Assembly: GCA_049719955.1 (NCBI GenBank)
Contig: JBNARC010000004.1
Span: 16,782 to 80,781 of the forward strand
From: Moorellales bacterium
Lineage (GTDB): Bacteria; Bacillota; DSM-521; Neomoorellales; SLTJ01
DNA: 64,000 nt
Direction of reading: 5' to 3'
Part shown: positions 16,639-25,414 of the stretch, in pieces
Layout of the letters: the number at the start of each line of letters is the position of its first letter
How positions within the stretch are numbered: the first letter of the stretch is position 1
Notes under the pieces: generated by a model
Database searches by the model: none
The model's input: the letters and a program-made list of their open reading frames with translations, nothing else
What the model was told of the DNA's origin: nothing
Program-made: the position numbers and the translations under genes

Positions 16639-17862
16639 GTGTGGGGTGATGAACGCCTGAGCAGCGCAGCGAGTCGGCCCTGCTGGATTGAGGATCAGGG
16701 CGTGACCCTGATGACCGTCCTCGTGGTTCTAACCGTATTATTGGGGTTGGGCCTGGCGGCCTTGGCTCTTACCCTGATCCATAAAGATATCAGTCGCACG
16801 GAGGTGCGAAGCCTGCAGGCCTTCTACGCCGCCGAAGCGGGCATCCAGGCGGCCCTGGCCCAATTAGCGGCCAGCCTTGAATGGCCGGGGTATGACCCTT
16901 CTAGAGGGATAGGCAGCTTACCGGCGATTGCCGATCAACTGGAGGGTGCCCGGATCAAGGAGATTCTGTTGACGCCTCAGGGAGAAGTGTTGCAGGTTGA
17001 GGCCCGGGGCGAGGCTGGTGACCTCACCCGCCGGGTGGCGGCTTTGCTTCGGAAGCCTGCCTGGGCTTTCGGTTTGATTCTTTACCAGGCCACGGCACCG
17101 GTGAGCATCGGAGGTAACTCTTACCTGCGAGGCACTTTTATCTTTGCCGGCGACGTTACCATCGGGTCGTCCGTGCAGGTGGGGGATTCCCAGGCCAGAG
17201 ACGGGTGGATTATCTCCGGTGGCAATGTAGTCAACAAGGGAGTGGTTTACGGCGGGGTGAAAGCTCGGGGAGTGGTTGACAATTCTCAGGGAACGATCGT
17301 GGGGGTTCTGGAACAGCGGGCGGAAGTCTTCATTCCTCCGGTTACGGCTCCAGATCTACAGTATTACTACATCCGCGCCGACGAAAGGTTGGCCGAACCG
17401 GATGGCGAGGTTGAGTTGACGGGTGAGGCCCTGCAGGCTTTCATCAATGCCGGAAAACGTATTGTTTACGTGGACGGAGATCTGGTTTTGGACGAAAAGG
17501 GTAACCGCAACATCGTTTACGAGGGACAAATCGCCCTCGTGGCCAGCGGTAGTATAGAAATAAGAGCAGATGTGGTCAGGGGGCCCGGAACCCAAGAGAC
17601 TAGCGTCTTGGCCTTAATCGCTGGTGGAAACATTATAGTGCACAACCAGGAAGTGGAAGCTCTGCTATGGGCGGGCGGTGAGCTTTGTACCTACGGTAAT
17701 CCCTCCATACGCGGAGCGGCGGTAGCGGCCACCTTAGAGGCAAGCGGTGGGTGTAACCTCACCTATGACCTTATCCTTACCAGTCAGTTTTGGAATAGCT
17801 TTCTCTTGCCGCCGGACGAGTTCGGCCTTAAGATGGTACGCTGGTGGGCGAAGGGGTCGTAG
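16639..17862 (+). CDS. large PilX-like minor pilin / putative tip protein with a Gly/Val-rich beta-solenoid-like C-terminal region
   Basis: The N-terminus 'GVTLMTVLVVLTVLLGLGLAALALTLIH...AFYAAEAGIQAAL' resembles a PilX_N-type anchor and lacks Glu5. The C-terminal 250 aa contain repetitive G-x-V/I strands. Confidence 0.7.
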   Translation: MWGDERLSSAASRPCWIEDQGVTLMTVLVVLTVLLGLGLAALALTLIHKDISRTEVRSLQAFYAAEAGIQAALAQLAASLEWPGYDPSRGIGSLPAIADQLEGARIKEILLTPQGEVLQVEARGEAGDLTRRVAALLRKPAWAFGLILYQATAPVSIGGNSYLRGTFIFAGDVTIGSSVQVGDSQARDGWIISGGNVVNKGVVYGGVKARGVVDNSQGTIVGVLEQRAEVFIPPVTAPDLQYYYIRADERLAEPDGEVELTGEALQAFINAGKRIVYVDGDLVLDEKGNRNIVYEGQIALVASGSIEIRADVVRGPGTQETSVLALIAGGNIIVHNQEVEALLWAGGELCTYGNPSIRGAAVAATLEASGGCNLTYDLILTSQFWNSFLLPPDEFGLKMVRWWAKGS

Positions 17863-17873
17863 GGGGGGGCCAT

Positions 17874-18881
17874 TTGATTCCCTTTGTTCACTTTCGAAAG
17901 AAACGATATATTGGCTTTGACCTGGGAGCCAGGGGGGTGCGGGCGGTAGAGGTGCAGGGCCGTGCCGGAAGTTGGCAGGTGAGTTCCGCCGTGGTTCACC
18001 CCTTACCGCCGGGGGCGGTCCGAGATGGGATGGTATTGGTGCCGGATAAGGTGGTCGCTGCCCTAGATAAACTTGCGGCCGAGCAAGGGTGGAAAGGTCG
18101 CAGGGTATTTGCCTCCGTCGGTGGTAGCCGTCTCATTACCCGGCATTTACGTCTCCCCCTCATGCCCCGGGAGGAACTGGATAAGGCCGTACGTTACGAG
18201 GCCGAGCAGTACCTGCCTGTGGGGACAGCGGAACTCAGCACGGATTTCGCCGTGCTGGGGAAGGAGCAAGATGGGGAAGGGGAGAAATTGGAGGTACTGC
18301 TGGCCGCTGTTCCCCTGGATACGGCGCGCACCTACGCCGAGTTGTTCGAGGCCGCCGGGCTATCCTTGATGGCGCTGGACATCGTGCCCCTGGCCTGGCA
18401 GCGGGTGTTGGTCGCCGCGCTGGGCGATTCCCTGGCCGATCAGGCGGTAGGGGTGCTGGATCTGGGATATTCCTGTACCCACATTGTGATACTCTATGGC
18501 TCCCGGGTGGAACTGTGCCGCTCGTTACCGCAGGGGTGGGGTGTGGCAGAGGCGAGTTCAGCGGCTTACGAGGCCGCGGCGGCCATGGCTCCGCCTGTGC
18601 CTCCGGCGCCGTCTGCGGGGACGGCCCTGGAGGAGGTCTTAGGAAGCATCTTGAACGAGATGCGTCGGTCGGTGGACTTTTTTCGTGTCCAGAGGCGGTC
18701 GGCAGTTTGGGGGAGTCTCTACCTTGGCGGTGCGTTAGGCGGGTCTTCTGAGGTATGCGCTTTGCTTGAGGCGGAGATCGGGGTGCCAGTTAAGCCCTTT
18801 TGGCCCTTAGCGGAGGGTCTGGTAGCCGATCCAGAGTTGGTGGTAGCGCTTGGAACCGCCCTGCGGCAGGTGATACCCTAG
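17874..18881 (+). CDS. pilM: type IV pilus assembly protein PilM (actin-like ATPase fold)
   Basis: Contains 'KKRYIGFDLGARGVRAVEV' and 'YEAEQYLP'. TTG 17874 follows a G-rich Shine-Dalgarno sequence. The track ORF starts at GTG 17844, overlapping the previous gene; either start is possible. Confidence 0.85.
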   Translation: MIPFVHFRKKRYIGFDLGARGVRAVEVQGRAGSWQVSSAVVHPLPPGAVRDGMVLVPDKVVAALDKLAAEQGWKGRRVFASVGGSRLITRHLRLPLMPREELDKAVRYEAEQYLPVGTAELSTDFAVLGKEQDGEGEKLEVLLAAVPLDTARTYAELFEAAGLSLMALDIVPLAWQRVLVAALGDSLADQAVGVLDLGYSCTHIVILYGSRVELCRSLPQGWGVAEASSAAYEAAAAMAPPVPPAPSAGTALEEVLGSILNEMRRSVDFFRVQRRSAVWGSLYLGGALGGSSEVCALLEAEIGVPVKPFWPLAEGLVADPELVVALGTALRQVIP

Positions 18882-19423
18882 TGCCAGCGGTCAATCTTCT
18901 ACCTCTTGAGCTCCGACCTCCTTCCCAAGGTGTCTCCGGGCGCCGGTTGGCACTTGTGGCCGCGTGTCTGGCCGCAGCCGCGGTTACGGGCCTGGCAGCC
19001 GCCAGTTATTGGCGTCTGACCCGGGAGTTACAGGCGGTTACCGCGGCCAGGGTGGAGCTGGCAGAGGTGGCGGCGGAAGCCGAGGAGTTGGAACGGGAGT
19101 TGAGTCAGATCGAGCAGGAGCGGACGGCACTACAGGAGGTATGGCAGAAGCGTTTTTCGTGGTCGCGCTTCCTCTCGGATTTGTGGGCCAGCTTGCCCTC
19201 AGGGGTATGGCTGACCGATCTTTCGGTAAAGGGTTCGGAGCTAACCCTGCAGGGAGGTGCCGCCTCAGCCGGTAACGTAGCTCAATTCCTCCAACGGCTG
19301 GTGCTAGTCGCCGGGGTCCGGGCACCCCAGTTGGTTAAGTTGGAAGGTAACCCGGGGCTGAGATTTACCGTAAAGGCGACGCTGGAAAGGCCCTTGCTTC
19401 CGGAGCGAGGAGAAGGGGATTGA
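18881..19423 (+). CDS. pilN: type IV pilus assembly protein PilN
   Basis: GTG 18881 overlaps the pilM stop (TAGTG). The protein begins 'VNLLPLELRP', followed by a single TM helix and a coiled coil. Confidence 0.8.
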   Translation: MPAVNLLPLELRPPSQGVSGRRLALVAACLAAAAVTGLAAASYWRLTRELQAVTAARVELAEVAAEAEELERELSQIEQERTALQEVWQKRFSWSRFLSDLWASLPSGVWLTDLSVKGSELTLQGGAASAGNVAQFLQRLVLVAGVRAPQLVKLEGNPGLRFTVKATLERPLLPERGEGD

Positions 19424-20265
19424 CTCGAACGGCACGGGAGAAATATCTATTGGCTGCCCTTTGTGTGGTCCTCGGAACCGTGGCTTTTTACCGGCTAGGG
19501 GTGGGCATAGCGTGGCCTCGTTACCTAGAGCTCCGGGAGAGGCTGGTCACGGAAATCGAAACTCTGGCTCAAACCCGGCGTGAGGTCCAGCGTCTGCCCG
19601 CGCTTAAAGAGGAGGTTGCTGGAGCCAGGATTAAATTACGAGAGTTGCGACAACCCTTCGAAGCGGTGGGGCGGGAAGGAGCCTTGACCTACCTTCTGCA
19701 TTTGCTGCCCGCGGGTGTGCAGCTCAGAGAATTGGTGCCGGAAACAGATGAAGATAAAGGCTATTATCGGGTTTCCCCGGTGCGCCTTAGGCTGGTTGGC
19801 CCTTTCCCCGAAGTACAGGTGTTTCTGGACAAGCTCGAGGCTCTCCCGGTTTACATTCGCGACTTGCGCATGGGCCCGGTCGAAGACGGATCGGGAATCG
19901 AAGTAGAGGTGAAACTGGATTTGTTCTTCCGGTCCGTGGCGCCTGCGGCGGCATCGTCGCGGCAGGTATTTGGGGTGGCCTTGAGAGACCCTTTTGCGGC
20001 CCCAATCGAAGCTGTGTCCACAGAGCCTCGGGCGGCCGTTACGGGCGGTACCACAGGAGCGCAGACTGAAGTGAGGAAAGTACACGGGCGAGTTCCGGAA
20101 GGCGGTGCCAGTGAGGCTGCGGCTGTAGTAGCCTCCCCAAGAGAGGTTTCGGACGGTCGTCGGCAGGAGGAGGAAGCCACAACACCGGAAGCGTCGTACG
20201 TCTGGCCTAAAGGAGAGGGGCCGGACGCCCTCAACCGCCAGTACACCTTCCCGGTGCGGCGGTGA
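19420..20265 (+). CDS. pilO: PilO-like pilus assembly protein with an extended Ala/Glu-rich C-terminus
   Basis: The start overlaps the pilN stop (TTGA). It has an N-terminal TM helix, a coiled coil and a PilO-like core ('LELRERLVTEIETLAQTRREVQRLPALKEE'). Confidence 0.7.
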   Translation: MTRTAREKYLLAALCVVLGTVAFYRLGVGIAWPRYLELRERLVTEIETLAQTRREVQRLPALKEEVAGARIKLRELRQPFEAVGREGALTYLLHLLPAGVQLRELVPETDEDKGYYRVSPVRLRLVGPFPEVQVFLDKLEALPVYIRDLRMGPVEDGSGIEVEVKLDLFFRSVAPAAASSRQVFGVALRDPFAAPIEAVSTEPRAAVTGGTTGAQTEVRKVHGRVPEGGASEAAAVVASPREVSDGRRQEEEATTPEASYVWPKGEGPDALNRQYTFPVRR

Positions 20266-20298
20266 GAGACTCAGGCTAAAGGTAATGGAGGGCGGCAG

Positions 20299-21084
20299 AT
20301 GACCCGGGGTGGCGCGCTCTGGAAATGGTGGATGCTCGGGTTGGCGCTTTGGGCAGGGGTGGCCGTAGCGCCGGCCCTGGCCGGTACCAAATGGACCCCC
20401 GTCCGCGTCGCGGCGCTTTTCGGACCCTTGCGGGTGGTGGTTAACGGTCGGGATTGGCAGCCGGAAGTTAAGCCGTTCCTTCTCCAGGAGCGGGGCACGA
20501 TAATGGTCCCGCTGCGGGAACTGGCGACGGAGCTAGGGGTGCCGGTGCGCTGGGACCAGGCTACGGGCACGGTCTACGTCGGGTCTGCAGACGCGGCTGG
20601 GGGTTCGCCTTCCGGCGCGGGCTCCCCGGCGCCGGCCGCTTCCGGCTCCGCGTATGCGTGGCTGGAAGAACTGACGGTGCTCCGCAATATTGGCCCCTTT
20701 TACCAGCAGCCCCGGCGGAACTTCATGGTGGCGGCCCGACCCTTCAACCGGGGGGTGGCGGTGGAGCTGGACGGGAAAGAGGAGGCAGAAGTGGTAGTAG
20801 ACCTGGCCGGGCGCTACCAGAGCGCGGAAGGCTACCTGGGCATCGAGGACGCCACCTGCAACAGCCGGGGCGGAGCCACGGTGTCCTTTTATGCCGACGA
20901 CCGGTTGGTTTATACCTCCCCGTTGCTGAAGCCCTCTCAATACCCGTTTTTTGTGAGTAGCCGCCAGTTGGGAGGGTTAGCCGGGGTGAAACGATTGCGC
21001 GTACAGGTGCATTGGCAGGAAGTAGGGCTGGGGGACTACGACCGGGTGGTTGTGGTGTTGGCTCGTTTTCGCTTTTTCCGCTGA
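20299..21084 (+). CDS. secreted protein: copper-amine-oxidase-N-like domain plus NPCBM-like carbohydrate-binding domain
   Basis: A signal peptide 'WWMLGLALWAGVAVAPALA' is present. 'GTIMVPLRELATELGVPVRWDQATGTVYV' resembles Cu_amine_oxidN1. The C-terminal 'YLGIEDATCNSRGGATVSFYADDRLVYTSPLL' resembles NPCBM. Confidence 0.65.
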   Translation: MTRGGALWKWWMLGLALWAGVAVAPALAGTKWTPVRVAALFGPLRVVVNGRDWQPEVKPFLLQERGTIMVPLRELATELGVPVRWDQATGTVYVGSADAAGGSPSGAGSPAPAASGSAYAWLEELTVLRNIGPFYQQPRRNFMVAARPFNRGVAVELDGKEEAEVVVDLAGRYQSAEGYLGIEDATCNSRGGATVSFYADDRLVYTSPLLKPSQYPFFVSSRQLGGLAGVKRLRVQVHWQEVGLGDYDRVVVVLARFRFFR

Positions 21085-21102
21085 GAGGAGAGCGTAAGCG
21101 CT

Positions 21103-22416
21103 ATGCCTAACTGGCCTGGGTTGGTGGCGGCAGGGGCGGCGGCCGGGGTGGCGGTGGCTCTGTACCGGCAGAACCGGAGACTGCGGCGGGCCCGCTCGGC
21201 TTTGGAGCAAAAGGTCCGGGAACTGGCGGAGCGTAACCGGCTTCTGGAGGGGCTAGCGATAACCGACGGGCTTACCGGACTTTACAACCGCCGCTACTTC
21301 GAGCAGCGCCTGGCGGAGGAGATAAGCCGCTGCCAGCGGTACGAATCGGTGCTGGCGCTGGCCATGATCGACGTGGACTACTTCAAGTGCTACAACGACG
21401 CCTTGGGACACGTAGAGGGCGACCGGGTGCTGCAGGATCTGGGCGGCCTGCTCCGGGAGAGCGTGCGGGAAGGAGACGTGGTGGCCCGCTACGGCGGGGA
21501 TGAGTTTGCCGTCATCTTCGTAGAAATGGATTCTTTGGTGGCGCAGAAGGCCGGCGAGCGCATCCGGGAGAACATCGAGGCCTACGCCGCCAGGCTGGTA
21601 GGCTCCGGCTCGGGCGCGGCGGAAGAGCTGTTGACCGTTTCCGTGGGCATTGCCAGCTTTCCCAAGGACGCCGAGACCGCCGAAGAACTCATCAGCAAGG
21701 CCGACCAGGCCCTGTACCGGGCCAAGGAGGGCGGGAAGAACCGGGTGGTGGTCTACCAGTCTCCCCTGGAGGAGCTGGCCCAGGGGACGGAGATACCGGA
21801 GCAAGAAGAGGAAGAGGGCGACCTTGCCCTCCACCTCATGCGGGCCATACGCTCCATCCTCCTTTCCATCAACGCCCGCGACCGCTACACCTACGGCCAT
21901 TCCCAGCGCACCACCCGTTACGCCGAGGCCCTTTCGCGCCGCCTGGGGCTGGCTCCGGAGCGCGTGCGGCTGGTCAAGCGCGCCGCCCTGCTGCACGACG
22001 TGGGCAAGGTCAACATCGATAAAGAGATCCTTATTAAGTCTAAGCCCCTTTCTGCGGAAGAGAGGGAGATCATCAGGCGCCATGCCCTCATGAGCGCGCA
22101 GATAATCGAGCCGGTTAAGGAGCTGGCCCGGGTAATTCCCATTGTGGAGCAGCACCACGAGCGCTACGACGGCAAGGGCTACCCCCGAGGTCTGGCCGGT
22201 GAAGAGATTAGCCTTGAGGCCCGCATCCTGGCCATTGCCGACGCTTATGATGCCATGCGCTCCCCGCGGCCCTATCGCGACGCCCTAAGCTTTGCCGAGG
22301 CGGTAGCGGAACTGCGCCAGGGGGCGGGCACGCAGTTCGACCCTCACCTGGTAGAAGCGTTCATAGAAGTGATTCGGGAGCTGGAGATGGGGGCTGCCGG
22401 TCGGCCTCGCGCCTGA
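21103..22416 (+). CDS. membrane-anchored diguanylate cyclase (GGDEF) fused to an HD-GYP phosphodiesterase domain
   Basis: Contains 'DGLTGLYNRRYF' and 'RYGGDEFAVIF', with an RxxD I-site ('REGD') five residues upstream of GGDEF. The HD-GYP part has 'LLHDVGK' and 'HHERYDGKGYPRGL'. Confidence 0.9.
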   Translation: MPNWPGLVAAGAAAGVAVALYRQNRRLRRARSALEQKVRELAERNRLLEGLAITDGLTGLYNRRYFEQRLAEEISRCQRYESVLALAMIDVDYFKCYNDALGHVEGDRVLQDLGGLLRESVREGDVVARYGGDEFAVIFVEMDSLVAQKAGERIRENIEAYAARLVGSGSGAAEELLTVSVGIASFPKDAETAEELISKADQALYRAKEGGKNRVVVYQSPLEELAQGTEIPEQEEEEGDLALHLMRAIRSILLSINARDRYTYGHSQRTTRYAEALSRRLGLAPERVRLVKRAALLHDVGKVNIDKEILIKSKPLSAEEREIIRRHALMSAQIIEPVKELARVIPIVEQHHERYDGKGYPRGLAGEEISLEARILAIADAYDAMRSPRPYRDALSFAEAVAELRQGAGTQFDPHLVEAFIEVIRELEMGAAGRPRA

Positions 22417-22562
22417 CCGCCGGAAGGAAAACTTTTGGGCATCGGGAATAATAGTAGGGAAGTCCGGCAAAGGCGCCCGCTTGGGCGGCGGCCGGAAGAG
22501 GAATAGCTTACGACCACCGGCAAGGCAAACCGAGGGTGTGCCGGGCGGAAGGGGGGCTGTAG

Positions 22563-24041
22563 TTGGCGCCGGGTCTGGACAGGGAAGAGCTGGCAAGGGT
22601 TCTGGAGATCGCCTTGGCACGGGGAGCGGATTTCGCCGAAGTCTTCCTGGAGGAGCGGCAGGTTTGCGCCCTTACCTGTGAGGACGACCGGATCGAGCGG
22701 GTGACCACCGGCCGGGAAGTGGGGGCCGGGGTGCGGGTTATTAGCGGGGAGAGTACCGCCTACGGCTACACCAATCATCTCGAGCTAGACCGCCTGACGG
22801 ATCTGGCGCGCACCGTGGCCGACACCGCGCGCCTGAGGGGGAGCGGGGAGGTGGTGCTGGACTTGCGCTCCGTTTCCGCTCCTTACCTTTTGGAGATACA
22901 TAGGCCGCCCGAGCAGGTGCCGGTATCCGATCGGGTGGCGCTGGTGCGGCGGGCCAATGCCGCCGCCCGAGGGGAAGATCCGCGGATTAAGCAGGTGCTG
23001 GTCAATTATGCCGACACCCGGCAGCGGGTACGCATTGCCAACACCGAGGGGGACTACGTAGAGGACGAACGGGTGCGGGTCCGCCTGGCGGTGCAGGCGG
23101 TGGCGGCGGCCCAGGGGCGGTTGCAGACCGGCTACGAAGCCGTAGGGGGATTTATCGGCCTGGAGCTGTTCGAGCAGCAGCCGCCCGAGGAAGTGGCCCG
23201 CACCGCGGCCCGGCGGAGCCTCCTGATGCTGGAGGCCAGGCCCGCGCCCACCGGCCGGATGACCGTGGTGATGGCGGCGGAGGCGGGAGGCACCATGGTA
23301 CACGAGGCCTGCGGTCACGGGCTGGAAGCCGACCTGGTGCAAAAAGGTCTCTCCGTCTACGCCGGCCGTTTGGGGCAGGTGGTAGCCTCGCCCCTGATCA
23401 CGGTGATCGACGACGCCACCCTGCCCGGCCGGTTCGGTTCTTACCGTTTCGACGACGAGGGCACGCCCGGGCAGAAGACAGTGCTGATCGAGAAGGGCGT
23501 GCTTTGCAGTTACATGTACGATCGTCTTACCGCCCGCCGGGAGGGACGGCGTTCCACCGGCAACGGGCGAAGAGAGTCCTACCAATACCGGCCCCTACCC
23601 CGGATGCGCAACACCTACATCGCCCCCGGGGAGCACGACCCGGAGGAAATCATCCGCCGCACCGAGCGCGGCCTGCTGGTGAAGAAGATGGGCGGCGGCC
23701 AGGTGAACACCACCAACGGCGACTTCGTGTTCGAGGTGGCCGAAGGTTACCTTATCGAGGGGGGTCGGGTGACGGCGCCGGTGCGGGGAGCCACCCTTAC
23801 CGGCAACGGTCCGGAGGTACTGCGGGAGGTAGACATGGTGGGAAGTGATCTGGGGTTCAGCATTGGGGTATGCGGAAAGAACGGCCAGGGAGTCCCGGTG
23901 AGCGATGCCCAGCCCACCATTCGCATTCCTTCCCTGGTGGTAGGGGGAACGGCCTGTGAGGCCGAAGCGGAGGGCAAGACCGGGGACCGGGCCGGCCGGT
24001 ACGCCCGGGGGAGCGGGTGGCGAGGGGGCATGCGGCGGTGA
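22563..24041 (+). CDS. tldD: TldD-family metalloprotease
   Basis: Contains 'HEACGHGLEAD' (HExxxH), 'GGGQVNTTNGDFVF' and 'IPSLVVGG'. A ~30-aa Arg/Gly-rich tail overlaps the pmbA start. Confidence 0.88.
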   Translation: MAPGLDREELARVLEIALARGADFAEVFLEERQVCALTCEDDRIERVTTGREVGAGVRVISGESTAYGYTNHLELDRLTDLARTVADTARLRGSGEVVLDLRSVSAPYLLEIHRPPEQVPVSDRVALVRRANAAARGEDPRIKQVLVNYADTRQRVRIANTEGDYVEDERVRVRLAVQAVAAAQGRLQTGYEAVGGFIGLELFEQQPPEEVARTAARRSLLMLEARPAPTGRMTVVMAAEAGGTMVHEACGHGLEADLVQKGLSVYAGRLGQVVASPLITVIDDATLPGRFGSYRFDDEGTPGQKTVLIEKGVLCSYMYDRLTARREGRRSTGNGRRESYQYRPLPRMRNTYIAPGEHDPEEIIRRTERGLLVKKMGGGQVNTTNGDFVFEVAEGYLIEGGRVTAPVRGATLTGNGPEVLREVDMVGSDLGFSIGVCGKNGQGVPVSDAQPTIRIPSLVVGGTACEAEAEGKTGDRAGRYARGSGWRGGMRR

Positions 24042-25387
24042 GCGAGGATTTCGGAGCGGAAAAAGAGCTGGTTTGGGATCTGGTGGTGCGGGCCCGGCGC
24101 CAGGGGGCCTGGGCGGCGGAGGCCTATTTTTCGGAAGAAGAAGAGACCGCAATCGAGGTGCGGGACCAGAAGGTAGAGGATCTGAAAATCGCCCGGGAGC
24201 AGGGAGTGGGTCTCAGGGTGCTGGTGGGGCGGCGGCCCGGGTTCGCCTACACCACCGACTTCTCGCCCGAAAGCCTGAGCCGCCTGGTGGAGGAAGCACT
24301 GGCCAATGCCAACGGTGCGGACGAGGATCCCCACTACTCTCTGCCGGGCCCGGCGGTCTACGCCCAGGACTTGGACCTCTACGACCCGCGTCTGGAGGAA
24401 GTGCCGCCGGAGCAAAAGCTGGAGCTGGTCCTGCGCCTGGAGCAAGCGGGGCGGGACCTCGACCCGCGGGTGCGCCTGACCGAAAGCGCCAGCTACGAGG
24501 AGAGCCGCTACCGGGTGGTGCTGGCTAACTCCAACCACCTGCTGGCCGCTTACCGCGGCGCCCACTGCGGCCTGAGCGCGGTTTTCGTGGCGGTGCAGAA
24601 CGGCGATCAAGAAACCGGCTTTGCCTTCCAGTATCGAACCAAGTACGCGGAGTTGGACCCGGAAGCCGTGGGCCGGCAGGCGGCTTCCCGGGCGGTAGCC
24701 ATGCTGGGAGCCGGGCCGATTTCCTCCCGGCGAATTCCGGTGGTCATGGATCCCTACGTGGCCATCAACTTCCTGGGCTTGCTCATTCCCTCCTTCAGCG
24801 CCGAGGCGGTGCAGAAGGGCCGCTCGCTTTTGGCCGACAAGCGGGGTCAGAAGCTGGCCGGCGAGACGGTCACGGTGGTGGACGACGGACTGTTACGCGG
24901 CGGGCTGGCTTCCGCTCCCTTTGACGGCGAAGGCGTGCCCTGCCGTCGTAAGCTGTTACTGCGGGAAGGGGTGGTGGAGACTTTTCTCCACAACTGCTAC
25001 ACCGCCTCCCGCGCCGGGGAGGAGTCTACCGGTAACGCCGCCCGGGGGTCCTTCCGCAGCACGCCGGGGGTGGGCACTACCAACTGCTACCTCCAGCCGG
25101 GGGATCAGGACCCGGAGGCGCTGATCAAAAGCGTAGGCCACGGCCTCTACCTCACCGAAGTGCTGGGGATGCATACCGCCAATCCGGTGTCCGGCGACTT
25201 TTCCGTGGGGGCGGCCGGCCGGCTGATCCAGAACGGAGAACTGAGCGCGCCGGTGAGGGGCATCACCGTGGCCGGGAACGTCTTGGAGTGGCTGGCGGCC
25301 ATCGAGGCCTGCGGCCGGGATCTGACCTTTCTCGGCAGCACCGGCGCGCCCACGGTGCTGGTGGGCCGGCTCACGGTGAGCGGGTGA
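24038..25387 (+). CDS. pmbA: PmbA/TldE-family metalloprotease partner
   Basis: GTG 24038 overlaps the tldD stop (GTGA). Contains 'NPVSGDFSVGAAG' and 'APTVLVGRLTVSG'. Confidence 0.88.
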   Translation: MSEDFGAEKELVWDLVVRARRQGAWAAEAYFSEEEETAIEVRDQKVEDLKIAREQGVGLRVLVGRRPGFAYTTDFSPESLSRLVEEALANANGADEDPHYSLPGPAVYAQDLDLYDPRLEEVPPEQKLELVLRLEQAGRDLDPRVRLTESASYEESRYRVVLANSNHLLAAYRGAHCGLSAVFVAVQNGDQETGFAFQYRTKYAELDPEAVGRQAASRAVAMLGAGPISSRRIPVVMDPYVAINFLGLLIPSFSAEAVQKGRSLLADKRGQKLAGETVTVVDDGLLRGGLASAPFDGEGVPCRRKLLLREGVVETFLHNCYTASRAGEESTGNAARGSFRSTPGVGTTNCYLQPGDQDPEALIKSVGHGLYLTEVLGMHTANPVSGDFSVGAAGRLIQNGELSAPVRGITVAGNVLEWLAAIEACGRDLTFLGSTGAPTVLVGRLTVSG

Positions 25388-25414
25388 GGGGAGGGACGGA
25401 AGCTGCGTATTCTA

